Of a stretch of DNA of 64,000 bases, positions 18,587 to 28,005 are shown one piece after another. The translations under genes and the position numbers were made by a program. Below the pieces are notes generated by a model. The model ran no database searches. It had not been told where the DNA came from and was given only the letters and a program-made list of their open reading frames with translations. This DNA is from a virus. How positions within the stretch are numbered: position 1 is the stretch's first letter; the number at the start of each line of letters is the position of its first letter. The stretch is taken from positions 32,021 through 96,020 of IMG/VR virus record IMGVR_UViG_3300047471_000616. The stretch is one strand, 5' to 3'.

Positions 18587-20174
18587 GAGCGTTGAGTTAG
18601 AGAACTTCAGGTCCTACCGTGGCAAGCATAGTATCAAGCTACCAACTGAACCCGGCCTCTACCTGCTTACCGGCCGTAATGAAGTTGAGCCACGTCTCGG
18701 AACGAATGATGTCGGCAAGAGTACTCTCCTAGATGCCATATTTTGGTGCCTGTACGGGCGTACTTCCCGTGGCCTGAAAGCTGCCGATGTGGTCAACTGG
18801 GATGAAACCAGTTGCAGCGTCACCGTAGGGATGTGGCTCAGCGACGTGCCGTTGATAGTCAAGCGCACGCAAAGCCCTAACAGTCTGCAGCGCAGCAATG
18901 GAGCGGTGCCACTCCACCCAGTCAGCCAGGATGATCTACAGAAACGCCTAGGACTAGGCCCCGACGCCTTCCAATACGCAATGATGCTGCCGCAGTTCGG
19001 TGAGAGCTTCTTTGACCTGGCACCAGCAGCCAAGCTGACCCTGTTCTCACAGATCATGGGCCTAGATTACTGGCTGGAAAAGAGCCAGGAAGCTGCAGAG
19101 ACGGCTGGTGAAATCTGGGCTGAAATAGAAGAAGCCAATCACGAAGAGGGCAGGTGTGACGCGCAGATTGAGATGATAAATGTTGATCTGCAGCTGCTTG
19201 GCGGGAAACAGAAGGAATTTGTCGAAGCACAAAAGCGCGTAATTGCGACATTGGGCAAAGACAAAAATGAATTAAAAGCCGCCCAACGTAAGACCGCTGA
19301 GGCCATTGATTTTGCAGAAAAGGCCCTGCTGAACGCAACCAACAAGCTGGCCAAGATAGAAAAAGGCACGAAGGTGTGCCCTACGTGCCAGCAGACCATA
19401 CCAAACTCCAAAATGAAGGCTGACGAAGCAGCCCTTGAGAAAAACCGCGGGGACTTTGAGAGGCAGCTGGTCAGGCTAAGAAGTGACCAGGCTGTCGACA
19501 GTAGTAAACTCAGTCAGATTGAGAAACACATTGCAGGTGAAACCAGCCGCGCTAACCCCTACGGTGAACAAATCAGACAAAAACAGGCCAGTCTGGTTGC
19601 TTGTAAGAAGCAGCAGGCTGACCTGATTTCACAGATAGAAGCAGCTGAGCAGGATCACGCTGCAGTAGACTTTTGGGTAGGTGGCTTCAAGCGTGTCAGG
19701 CTGTTCATAGTGGAAGAAACGCTGCGCCAGCTAGAGCTGGAAGTGAACAACAACCTGAGCAATTTAGGGCTGACTGATTGGAGGATAGAATTTGATGTGG
19801 AGCGGGAAAACAAATCAGGCGGCATCACCAAGGGCTTTGTGGTGCTTGTCTACCCCCCTGGGAGACCCGAGCCGGTCAGGTTTGAAGCTTACTCTGGTGG
19901 GGCTACTCAGCGGCTGCGTATGGCCGGGGACCTTGGGCTGGCCAACCTGATCATGCTTCGCGCTGGGCTGACCAGCGCGGTTGAGTTCTTTGATGAACCC
20001 AGCAGGCACTTGAGTACAGAAGGGCAGCTGGACCTGGCTGAAACCCTGATGCAGCGTGCCCTAACTGATAAGAAGGTGATCTATCTCTGCGACCACAATC
20101 TCATAGATTTTGGCTTCACCGGCACCCTTACGGTAGTAAAAACGGCTGCGGGTTCGCGGCTTTCCTACGGATAG
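18573..20174 (+). CDS. sbcC: SbcC/Rad50-like ATPase
   Basis: NFRSY, G.N...GKS, CPTC Zn hook, YSGG signature, FFDEP. Confidence 0.9.
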   Translation: MFQIESVELENFRSYRGKHSIKLPTEPGLYLLTGRNEVEPRLGTNDVGKSTLLDAIFWCLYGRTSRGLKAADVVNWDETSCSVTVGMWLSDVPLIVKRTQSPNSLQRSNGAVPLHPVSQDDLQKRLGLGPDAFQYAMMLPQFGESFFDLAPAAKLTLFSQIMGLDYWLEKSQEAAETAGEIWAEIEEANHEEGRCDAQIEMINVDLQLLGGKQKEFVEAQKRVIATLGKDKNELKAAQRKTAEAIDFAEKALLNATNKLAKIEKGTKVCPTCQQTIPNSKMKADEAALEKNRGDFERQLVRLRSDQAVDSSKLSQIEKHIAGETSRANPYGEQIRQKQASLVACKKQQADLISQIEAAEQDHAAVDFWVGGFKRVRLFIVEETLRQLELEVNNNLSNLGLTDWRIEFDVERENKSGGITKGFVVLVYPPGRPEPVRFEAYSGGATQRLRMAGDLGLANLIMLRAGLTSAVEFFDEPSRHLSTEGQLDLAETLMQRALTDKKVIYLCDHNLIDFGFTGTLTVVKTAAGSRLSYG

Positions 20175-20625
20175 CCATAGCCGCAGTTGCATGTTCTTTG
20201 CAGTAGACCTTACCCGCAGATGGTGCCCCGCAATACTTCTTGTCCTTGGCGTCATGGTCATTCCACAGCGGCCAATGACACGTTTGGGTGGTCAACCCCA
20301 TGAGATCGCACGGATCACTGGTTGACACTTCCTTGGGTTGGGTTGCTTCGGCACACATATCATACTCTGGCGCAAAGGCCGCGTAGGTCCTGTAAATCAT
20401 CAGCCTGGGGCGTACCCGTCTAGGATTGGTAATAGCTGGTGTATATGGCTCGCCACTCATTCGCCTGCCCAGGCGGTGAACCTTGCCAACTACGGCGTTT
20501 CTGGTTGCCCCAAGGATAAGGGCTATCTGGTTGCCTGAATGCCCGGCGTCAATAAGTCGGTTCAATTCCTTTACTTTTTCTTCGGTCCACTGGTTTATAC
20601 GTCCGTTTGCATGTGCTTCAGTCAT
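20128..20625 (-). CDS. gcrA: GcrA-family transcription regulator
   Basis: WTEEKV..L...G.S..QIA..LG.TRNAVVGKVHRLG; C-terminal CHWP...YCG...YC.EH. Confidence 0.88.
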   Translation of the reverse strand: MTEAHANGRINQWTEEKVKELNRLIDAGHSGNQIALILGATRNAVVGKVHRLGRRMSGEPYTPAITNPRRVRPRLMIYRTYAAFAPEYDMCAEATQPKEVSTSDPCDLMGLTTQTCHWPLWNDHDAKDKKYCGAPSAGKVYCKEHATAAMAIRRKAANPQPFLLP

Positions 20626-20650
20626 TGTTTCTTACCCTGATTGGTTAAGC

Positions 20651-21304
20651 CTAATGCCCAATAAACCGCACACCAATGGATGCTACAAGCACAATGATGG
20701 ACCACACGGCTCCTATGGCCCAAATGCGCCCCTGGAAGTTGGAGCTGACATTTTCCAACGTGCTTATCCTAGTTTCCATCGAATTTCTCAGCTGATCCGT
20801 TGCTGTAATTCTATTGTGTTCAAGAGACGAGACCTTTTCGTCCAGATTGTTAACAATAGTGCCTAGCTCACGGCGAACCGAGTCAACGGCTGCCTGTCCT
20901 TCCTTAATGGTCCACATCAAACCAGAGAGATCAGATAGTGATTTTCTGAACTCGTTCTGCGCTTCGTTGCGAAGCTGTTGTGCACCTTCGGCTTTATCCA
21001 CCGCCTTTTCAGCGGCGATCAGCGCGGCATTCACCGCTTTCTCAGCTGCTGCTAGGGCAGCTGTAACGCCTGTCTGTTGGGCTTCATATCGTTCGCGAAG
21101 TTGCAGCGACAGGTCGCCGAACCGCTGGTTAATATACTTCTCAAAGGTGGTGAAATTCCAACCACCGGCCTCCGACGGCAAGGAGACCGTAGGCTCTGAC
21201 ATCCGCCAGTGCCCACCACGGTCTTTTACCAAGTCAACAGCTTGCCGAAGCTCCTTGATATTTTTTCTCAGGTCGTCAAGACCATTTTCCTTATCATCGC
21301 CCAT
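20651..21304 (-). CDS. coiled-coil protein with C-terminal transmembrane helix
   Basis: Ala-rich heptads; terminal IWAIGAVWSIIVLVASIGV. Confidence 0.65.
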   Translation of the reverse strand: MGDDKENGLDDLRKNIKELRQAVDLVKDRGGHWRMSEPTVSLPSEAGGWNFTTFEKYINQRFGDLSLQLRERYEAQQTGVTAALAAAEKAVNAALIAAEKAVDKAEGAQQLRNEAQNEFRKSLSDLSGLMWTIKEGQAAVDSVRRELGTIVNNLDEKVSSLEHNRITATDQLRNSMETRISTLENVSSNFQGRIWAIGAVWSIIVLVASIGVRFIGH

Positions 21305-21333
21305 GGATGCTTCTCATGCTTCATTGGAGTTTC

Positions 21334-21621
21334 TCAACGCTTTAGATGATCCATAAGCTGTTGGTGCAACCAAACGTTCTGGTCGGCGGTGCCGGTGAAC
21401 TTCCCCTGGAAGCCAAGCTGTTTCGCCATGGTTGCCCTGGCTTCAAGGCTGCTGTCCCGCCCCATGAGTTTGAGCAGGTCCACCGTAGAATTGCGCCAAT
21501 TGAGATTGCCCCCGGTGGTAGCGGCCTTGTCGTCCAAGTACTTGGCTTTTTCTTCTGCGGTAGGAGTTTTCTCAAACAGCTTCTTGAAGAACGCCGCAAT
21601 TTCAGCGAGAATGTCCATCAT
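21334..21621 (-). CDS. DUF3597-like protein
   Basis: LNWRNS.VDLLKL.G.DSSL.AR..A..LG...N.WLH. Confidence 0.7.
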   Translation of the reverse strand: MMDILAEIAAFFKKLFEKTPTAEEKAKYLDDKAATTGGNLNWRNSTVDLLKLMGRDSSLEARATMAKQLGFQGKFTGTADQNVWLHQQLMDHLKR

Positions 21622-21627
21622 AGCCTC

Positions 21628-22359
21628 CTATAGGGATGCTATGGCAGCATCCAGGTCTGCTTCCTTGACGCCTTCAGGCGAAGCACCATTGGCCAGCATG
21701 TACTCTTGGCTGAAGTAAGCCACACCACCAAGGAAGTACTTCTCCCAGAACTTGTTGGTAACGGCTTGCAACCGCCCCCAGGTCACCACAATCCTGAGGC
21801 CCTTGGAATTTCTTCCCACCAGAGGCACGTAGTGCCCACCAACGGGGGTCCCGGTAGTGGCCGACCACGGCTTTTCATTCTCAAACTCGGTCATTGCCGT
21901 GTCGGGTACATTGAACCCGCAACCACAGGCCCCAAAGATATAAGCAGCCAGGTCCAGGTCGGTGTTCCTGTCGATGCTGGCAAACGCCTTGACCTTGTGG
22001 AAGCTTCCACCAGAATCCTCAAGCCCAGTGGCAACCCGCCATTTGGCTACAGCTATAGGGTCCAGCCCCTTGTCCTCACCACCGGTCAGGGTCATGTACT
22101 GACTTACAATCGTCTGGTTGTTGAAGTCTGGCATCGGCCTTTGTGTAGCCAACGCCCAGGTCATGATCTCATGAGCAGCACCAGCCAGGACACAATCCCC
22201 GTACTGGTCATTGGCCAGCATCTGCCAGGGCACGTCGTTACCTTTGACGTGCCCATAAGTAGCGGGCACTTTAGGAAGCTGTTTCCGGTTGATGAAATCA
22301 CCAAACTTCAGCTTGATGGCTTCTTCACGCCACTCCTTCATTCCCAGTCTTAGGGTCAT
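21628..22359 (-). CDS. papain-like (C1-type) cysteine peptidase
   Basis: NDQYGDCVLAG, GGHYV, TWG. Confidence 0.7.
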   Translation of the reverse strand: MTLRLGMKEWREEAIKLKFGDFINRKQLPKVPATYGHVKGNDVPWQMLANDQYGDCVLAGAAHEIMTWALATQRPMPDFNNQTIVSQYMTLTGGEDKGLDPIAVAKWRVATGLEDSGGSFHKVKAFASIDRNTDLDLAAYIFGACGCGFNVPDTAMTEFENEKPWSATTGTPVGGHYVPLVGRNSKGLRIVVTWGRLQAVTNKFWEKYFLGGVAYFSQEYMLANGASPEGVKEADLDAAIASL

Positions 22360-22364
22360 GACAC

Positions 22365-22634
22365 TCAAGTCCTTGTTTGGACTGGTGGTTGACTTGGCGG
22401 AGGTGGGGGCGGTGGTGCGGCGTTGCGCACCTTTTCCGCAGCATTAAGTGCATCATCAACAATCTTGAGCAGGACTTGCCTGCCTTCTGGGGATTCAAGC
22501 TTCTGCTGGGCTTGTTCACGGTACATGCTGGCTGGCCACGTACCCATCCACATGTCGATCATCCTAGCAACATTGTCGTGCACAGACTTAGCAGCAGCGA
22601 TCTGCTCAGCCTGAGTAGCCTGTCCCAGTCTCAT
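22365..22634 (-). CDS. hypothetical protein with poly-Pro tail
   Basis: Coupled ORF (ATGA overlap). Confidence 0.6.
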   Translation of the reverse strand: MRLGQATQAEQIAAAKSVHDNVARMIDMWMGTWPASMYREQAQQKLESPEGRQVLLKIVDDALNAAEKVRNAAPPPPPPPSQPPVQTRT

Positions 22635-22960
22635 TGGACTGTTGCCTCCACATCCACCGGCTTGCCGTTCACGTAGACAACAAAGTGCACGGTAGTACCC
22701 TTAGTGGGCTCTGCACCAAGCTTGCCCGCCGACTTGGCGGTTTGGTAACCAGAGCAAATCAGGCTGACGATGGCGCTGATGCTCATGGTTGGGTCAAGCC
22801 CAACGATTGCAGCAATTGTTGCTGCGGTCACGGCAATGCCACAGGCAGTCTTGATGGCGTCCTGGACCTTTACCGGGTCAATGGCACAGCCACCACCCAT
22901 CCCCAGAACTGGAAGGGTAGCACCAGCTAAAAGCAATGCGCGTCTGTTGATGGGGGTCAT
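22631..22960 (-). CDS. putative lipoprotein with twin-arginine-like signal
   Basis: INRRALLLAGA...GGGC; two further Cys; SD AAGGAG. Confidence 0.6.
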   Translation of the reverse strand: MTPINRRALLLAGATLPVLGMGGGCAIDPVKVQDAIKTACGIAVTAATIAAIVGLDPTMSISAIVSLICSGYQTAKSAGKLGAEPTKGTTVHFVVYVNGKPVDVEATVQ

Positions 22961-22961
22961 T

Positions 22962-23144
22962 TCAGTCTCCTTTTAAGCGTCGTTCGACGCTATAAGTGGT
23001 CCACCATTGTGGGTGTTCACGCAGATGTTCTGCTGCATTAGTGGCATCTTCCTGGGTAGCGTAAGTCCCGAGTACCTTTGCGTAAGGCCAAGGCACCCTT
23101 TGGTAGGACACCACTACCCAGATCGTATTGTCTGGATCAGTCAT
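22962..23144 (-). CDS. small hypothetical protein
   Basis: SD AGGAG; fills the gap between neighbours. Confidence 0.55.
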   Translation of the reverse strand: MTDPDNTIWVVVSYQRVPWPYAKVLGTYATQEDATNAAEHLREHPQWWTTYSVERRLKGD

Positions 23145-23649
23145 TTAGAAACTCCTGTATGTTCTCGTGTGTCAGAAATGGGTTTAGAAGTAGCAGAGTA
23201 TCAGCTGGGGTAATACGGTTCTTCGCTACAACCAACGAGTAAGGAAAGAAATTTGCTTGCTCAAGACAGTATACAATCAATTCACTGCAAAACCAAGAAT
23301 CTGTCTGACGCCAATCCCGGTCATGGGGTTGGTCACTTAGGAAGTCCCACAAAGCACCATTGTCAAACGGCTTGCCAATTTGCTTGTGCGCCACTTCCAT
23401 GAAAGAAGTATAAATACTATCTGATACCTTGAGGCTGGCTATTTTTGGCGTCCCCTTGTACGGCCACGGTGGATTTGGCCGTATTCTTACCCCTCCTGGG
23501 TCATTTGATTTGTGATCCTCGCCGCTAACACCCAAAAGCCCCGTATCCAAGAAAATATCAACGTGGGAAAATGGTGAATGGCACAGTCTGCGGATGATGC
23601 TGCTGGCAAAAGCAGTGCTCGTAGAGTACTGAATAAGGATCTCAGCCAT
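23137..23649 (-). CDS. permuted NlpC/P60 (YiiX/YebB-like) papain-fold amidase
   Basis: FSHVD precedes QIGKPFD and WFCSEL, then ITP. Confidence 0.8.
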   Translation of the reverse strand: MAEILIQYSTSTAFASSIIRRLCHSPFSHVDIFLDTGLLGVSGEDHKSNDPGGVRIRPNPPWPYKGTPKIASLKVSDSIYTSFMEVAHKQIGKPFDNGALWDFLSDQPHDRDWRQTDSWFCSELIVYCLEQANFFPYSLVVAKNRITPADTLLLLNPFLTHENIQEFLND

Positions 23650-24003
23650 TTACCTACTATTGGCATATGGCTTGTATGGCTTAGGCCCTTCGTCCAGCTT
23701 AGTGACGTTTGGCACGTCGTCACTGTGCACCAAACTGGCAACAGCCTTGTTATACACCATCAGTTCCCTAGGAACCTGGATCTGAATTTGCGGGTCAACA
23801 TTCGCTGCTGATCTAAGCTTCGCTGCGTCGGTATGAGCTAGGAATGACCACACCACAGCAACGAGCCCAATAGCCACTGTTGTTACATCTGCAACCACCC
23901 CGGCGTCGCTGAATGCTGAAAAGCCTTTTGCTACCAGCCACGTACAGGCCATCGGGATGATTATGCGGAGAATGCCAATTACCTGCTCTTGGTTTGGGTT
24001 CAT
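23650..24003 (-). CDS. putative holin
   Basis: Two hydrophobic helices, EQVIGILR..WLVAKG start; near the endolysin. Confidence 0.65.
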   Translation of the reverse strand: MNPNQEQVIGILRIIIPMACTWLVAKGFSAFSDAGVVADVTTVAIGLVAVVWSFLAHTDAAKLRSAANVDPQIQIQVPRELMVYNKAVASLVHSDDVPNVTKLDEGPKPYKPYANSR

Positions 24004-24518
24004 GTGGTGTGCTCCATGATCCGCTTCATCTCGGCGAGGAACATATTTTGATCGTTCACGTCATAGTCGCCGGGGTGGGGAATGTGGTGTGGGGTTTTGT
24101 GGTAGCTGAGCGGGTTCATGGTCCCCAACGGCCATTTGTAAGCACCCAAGCCGGGAAACGGGAACGGGTTGTAGCTGTAGATCAGGTGGGCAAATTTTAT
24201 GTTCTTGTTTAGTGGGTAGCCCTTCGCACCGTAGATGCTTGCTTGGAAACCAAATGCCCCATCAATGGCCCGGTCGCCAACATACTGACAGACAACTGCA
24301 ACGTCACAACACCCCAAACTAGTACCACATACGAAAACACGACCAGCAGGAGGGAGCTTCTTGATAAGTACAGCAATGTTTGCGGCGTCGTAATCCTCGT
24401 AAGGGGAATCGTGCATGTTAATGCCGAGTTGTGCCATGCGCTGAGACATGACTCCTGCAGCTGGGTCGCTTCCCCATCTCCCCCACATGCCGCGCATATA
24501 GTAACCGTGCCAGTTCAT
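24000..24518 (-). CDS. small alpha/beta-hydrolase-fold protein
   Basis: YMRGMWG N-terminal strand, GTSLG nucleophile elbow, C-terminal His. Confidence 0.6.
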   Translation of the reverse strand: MNWHGYYMRGMWGRWGSDPAAGVMSQRMAQLGINMHDSPYEDYDAANIAVLIKKLPPAGRVFVCGTSLGCCDVAVVCQYVGDRAIDGAFGFQASIYGAKGYPLNKNIKFAHLIYSYNPFPFPGLGAYKWPLGTMNPLSYHKTPHHIPHPGDYDVNDQNMFLAEMKRIMEHTT

Positions 24519-25135
24519 GGCTCAACCTCACTCCAGCCTTTGGCAAAGGCCAGGGGGATCAAAGGCTCTTTGCGCTCATGTCTACCCAGCTTGGCCACAC
24601 TCGGCGGGGTCAGCAGGGTAATTGAATACTTCCTCAAATCCTGCACCCTGGCGGTCCAGCCCCTGCCAAACGTACCCCAAGTGCCCAAACCACGTAGGAA
24701 GGTCAATCGTGCATTGCACAATTGGTTGACGAATTGGGTCGGGTCCATACTGTTGATGGCTTTAAGGGACGTTGGGCCAAGTACACCATCAACTATGACA
24801 TCTGCTATCTTTTGGGCGTATTTTACTGATCGTGACGGGCCTGAATTGACGCCAAAGTCAAATACCACGCAGTCACAGCCAGCATTCAGGGCGTCGAATT
24901 GGCAGGCAGTAGCGTACTTCTTCTTGTATATTTCGTCAGCCGTGGCCAGTGTCATGGCTTTAACTCTAGGTGCCCAGGCAGACATTGAACTCATTTTCTC
25001 ACCAAGAAACTCGGCAAGATCGTAGCAAGTAATTCCGAAACGAGTTGGCCCTCCAGGATCGTTACGGATCCATCCGTAGTCTCCCTCGTAACGCATAATC
25101 ATTCGTTGAACGAATGGCTGATAGTCTTGTTGCAC
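24515..25135 (-). CDS. endolysin, glycoside hydrolase family 108 with peptidoglycan-binding domain
   Basis: EG.Y....NDPGGPTRFGIT, FDFGVNSG, DGVLGP.S, FGRGW..R. GTG start 25135 after GGAGG. Confidence 0.9.
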   Translation of the reverse strand: MQQDYQPFVQRMIMRYEGDYGWIRNDPGGPTRFGITCYDLAEFLGEKMSSMSAWAPRVKAMTLATADEIYKKKYATACQFDALNAGCDCVVFDFGVNSGPSRSVKYAQKIADVIVDGVLGPTSLKAINSMDPTQFVNQLCNARLTFLRGLGTWGTFGRGWTARVQDLRKYSITLLTPPSVAKLGRHERKEPLIPLAFAKGWSEVEP

Positions 25136-25136
25136 A

Positions 25137-25604
25137 CTAACCTCCAGCTCCGGGCATGAAACAACGGATAAAGACAGAGATGACTTCTTCACCCTGATTG
25201 CGTGTCGGGGCAGCCCAAACCAACGCAGTGCCGGAAAGGTTCGGCCCTTGCACCACGGCACCGTCGTCTACGTTCCACCATTTATTGTACAAGAACACCC
25301 GGTAGTGACATTTGCCATCAGTGCAGGTTGAGTCCCAATCCACGTCTGGGATGTGGTGCGCTTCTTCTCCGTCACAACAGGGACCCTTCGTGCTATACTG
25401 TTGCCTGAACCAACGGTCCAGGTCGGGCTGCTTGTGGTCATGAGCAGATGCAAACGCCACCATGCCAAGCAGGGCAAGCACAACCAAAAACCCCAGGATC
25501 ACATACCACCACCACTCACTATTGTCAGGTGGCCGTATGTTCCAGTGATCGTCTAGGTCATCAAGAGGTGCTTCTGGGTTTGTCATACCGTAGTTGCGTG
25601 ACAT
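25137..25604 (-). CDS. membrane-anchored/secreted Cys-rich protein
   Basis: TM or signal segment, then HDH...CCDG...YRV...PN.SG.ALVW...RCFMPG. Confidence 0.65.
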   Translation of the reverse strand: MSRNYGMTNPEAPLDDLDDHWNIRPPDNSEWWWYVILGFLVVLALLGMVAFASAHDHKQPDLDRWFRQQYSTKGPCCDGEEAHHIPDVDWDSTCTDGKCHYRVFLYNKWWNVDDGAVVQGPNLSGTALVWAAPTRNQGEEVISVFIRCFMPGAGG

Positions 25605-25608
25605 TTGA

Positions 25609-25992
25609 TCACCAGGTCGTTGTGGCAGCTGCCATGTAATAAGTGGTCGTACCAACTACCAATGGAACAATCCTGGTGGCACTGAAATTGGACGCCGTAA
25701 GTGCCACAGTTACGCCGCTAGTCACTGCGACAACAACGCTGGTTACAGATACGACGATGCCGGTTGGGGCCACCGGTATTGAAGAAGCAAAATTCCCGCA
25801 CCAATAATCCGGCTGCACCAGGGGCCAGGGATAGTTAACCGTCTGCGTACTGGCAGCGACCCCAGGTGATGCTGACCGGTATGGTTGCTCTGGTGCTGGC
25901 GCATTGAAGGAACAGCCCAAGGCACCAACAGCTACCCCAGCACTGACAGGAACCGACCTCCCATAGACACAATTGGAACACTGATCAACCAT
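25609..25992 (-). CDS. hypothetical protein: Cys motif plus Val/Thr-rich tail
   Basis: CSNC...C...P...WP.V...WCG; C-terminal fibre-tip-like IVPLVVGTTTYYM. Confidence 0.6.
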   Translation of the reverse strand: MVDQCSNCVYGRSVPVSAGVAVGALGCSFNAPAPEQPYRSASPGVAASTQTVNYPWPLVQPDYWCGNFASSIPVAPTGIVVSVTSVVVAVTSGVTVALTASNFSATRIVPLVVGTTTYYMAAATTTW

Positions 25993-25993
25993 A

Positions 25994-27088
25994 CTAAGTC
26001 CCCATCATAATAACCCAGTTGGTCCCATCCGACTGCAGAGCCGCCCAATTCCCTGCCGTACCTGCCAAGATGGCAGTGCCCGCACCGCCACCAGCCTTCG
26101 GCACCACATTGCTGGCATTGCTAACGACGGTTTGTGCCTGGATTGTCTTAACATATAGCCATTGCCCTGGGTAGGAAGCAGCAGCCAACAATGTGATGGT
26201 GACCGTCCCAGCCCGGTTGGCGATCAGCGAACTGTCGGTGGCGCTCTGTGTCTCGCTGGCATTGGTCAGCGTCCTTGGTGCCTGAGAAGCTATCGCCCCC
26301 CGGACCGTGAGCGTTGAAGTAGGTGCGGTGTTGCTGCCAATGGCAAACGTCTGGTCGACCACACCATAGGTAAAGAACTCAAATGACTGATCGCGGTAGA
26401 GCGCAAGTGAGTTGGCAACATCGTTTTCACTGAAAGTACCAACCGGCTGCGTCTTGAATACCAACCGGCCTGGAAGTGATGTTGCACTTGGCACACCATC
26501 AACGAAGCTCTCGATCATGGTGCCAACGCCCCAGGTACCGTTCCCCATGTCGCCGCCAGCACGAATCGAATTCAGTGGATCACTGTTGTGGACTATCGCG
26601 GTACCGCTGGGTGACGTAGCCCGCGACTTGCCCATGCGCAGGTCGGGCGCGACAATATCATTGGACCACTGGGCCATGCCTAGGCTGAAGTTGACGAACA
26701 GATTTGGCACTTGGCCAGTGATAAAAGTGGTACCAGATGGAATCCCTTTGAGATTAGTGCACTGGTTTGTATCTATTTGCAAAGCGGTGACTTGAGATCC
26801 GGTCTTGAGGGCAATAGAATCGGTAGTACCAGCAATACTGGTACTCTCAAGCGTAAGTGTAGAACTGGCAAGCGAACCGCCTGCGACCAATGGAGTAGTA
26901 ATTTTTGGGGTTACAACATTGGTAGGGGTAGTCGGTGCGGTTCCTATGACTTGGCCGACCGACGTGAGTGCAGTAGAAATGTCCGTAAAAATGGCGTTCC
27001 AGACCAGGGACTGAATAAGGTCCCCCGGTGCCGCAGTTTCGGCACCGGCAGCTGGTGTGTAAACACCGGTTGTCGCATTGTAAGGCAT
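25994..27088 (-). CDS. tail fibre protein
   Basis: Anchor-like N-terminus MPYN..GVYT; Thr/Ser/Gly-rich; C-terminal LQSDGTNWVI. Confidence 0.75.
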   Translation of the reverse strand: MPYNATTGVYTPAAGAETAAPGDLIQSLVWNAIFTDISTALTSVGQVIGTAPTTPTNVVTPKITTPLVAGGSLASSTLTLESTSIAGTTDSIALKTGSQVTALQIDTNQCTNLKGIPSGTTFITGQVPNLFVNFSLGMAQWSNDIVAPDLRMGKSRATSPSGTAIVHNSDPLNSIRAGGDMGNGTWGVGTMIESFVDGVPSATSLPGRLVFKTQPVGTFSENDVANSLALYRDQSFEFFTYGVVDQTFAIGSNTAPTSTLTVRGAIASQAPRTLTNASETQSATDSSLIANRAGTVTITLLAAASYPGQWLYVKTIQAQTVVSNASNVVPKAGGGAGTAILAGTAGNWAALQSDGTNWVIMMGT

Positions 27089-27089
27089 C

Positions 27090-27977
27090 TTAAACCCCTG
27101 CGAAGATTATCTTATTGAAGATGATGGCGTTGGAGAGCGTGGGCAGAGCAGTGCCAGAACCACCTGTTGGCGTGGTCCCAGTCATTGCAGGTAGAGTATT
27201 ATTTTGAAGTGTGACGGTGTTAACTGGACTTGGGGCAGCTGCCCCAGCACCCAAAACGAAACTTGCCGAGCTGGTGCCACCAATGGTGGCTCCTGCACCT
27301 CCCGCAGCATGAGTATGGGACCCCTGTCCTGATCCTATTGATGTAGACAAAGTTACAGCAGGAAAATGGGCTTGCAGTATTGTCTTGTTCTGCTGGCCGC
27401 CAGTACCACCCAGGACCGTACCGTCGAAGTTGCCCCCAGCTACCGTAATGAGACCGGCAGCAACACCACCCATATCATCCTTGCCAAAATCGGCCTTGCC
27501 ACGGCAATCGGGCAGACTGAAATTGGGTCCAGAACCACCGTAAGTGTAAGCTATTGCAGTGAATAGAGCAGGATAGGTAGCAGTCGCCAACGACTGGCCA
27601 AAACACAGCAGCCAGCCAGAGGGGGCAGAAGTACCGGCAAAACTCGCTACAACCCCGATTGGAACACCATTGACAATGCCATTGGATGTAATTTGTCCAA
27701 CGGCAACCCCACCCACGGCAATGCCAATGATATCTGCCCCAGCACTATAGAAGCCGGTATTGGTGTCAGAACCAAAGGTGTAGCTGGGCGCGGCAGCAGT
27801 CCCGGATGCGGCCTTTACCGGCCCAGTCATAGTAGTCTGGCCGTCAGCTGCCAACGAATTGGTCATCTGCGCGGCAATGTCGCTGAAGTCCGAGTTGACT
27901 GCAGACGATGATATGGTGGTGTTGGGCGTAAACGCTGCCTGTGGAAGCGTGTACACTCCACTGCCATTCCTGGGCAT
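27090..27977 (-). CDS. tail fibre with tail-collar domain
   Basis: MPRNGSGVYTLP anchor; PIGVVASFAG..APSGWLLC.GQ...YPALF..I...F.LPD.RG. Confidence 0.85.
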   Translation of the reverse strand: MPRNGSGVYTLPQAAFTPNTTISSSAVNSDFSDIAAQMTNSLAADGQTTMTGPVKAASGTAAAPSYTFGSDTNTGFYSAGADIIGIAVGGVAVGQITSNGIVNGVPIGVVASFAGTSAPSGWLLCFGQSLATATYPALFTAIAYTYGGSGPNFSLPDCRGKADFGKDDMGGVAAGLITVAGGNFDGTVLGGTGGQQNKTILQAHFPAVTLSTSIGSGQGSHTHAAGGAGATIGGTSSASFVLGAGAAAPSPVNTVTLQNNTLPAMTGTTPTGGSGTALPTLSNAIIFNKIIFAGV

Positions 27978-28005
27978 CGTTTATCTTTCCTTAGAGGAGG
28001 TAAAA

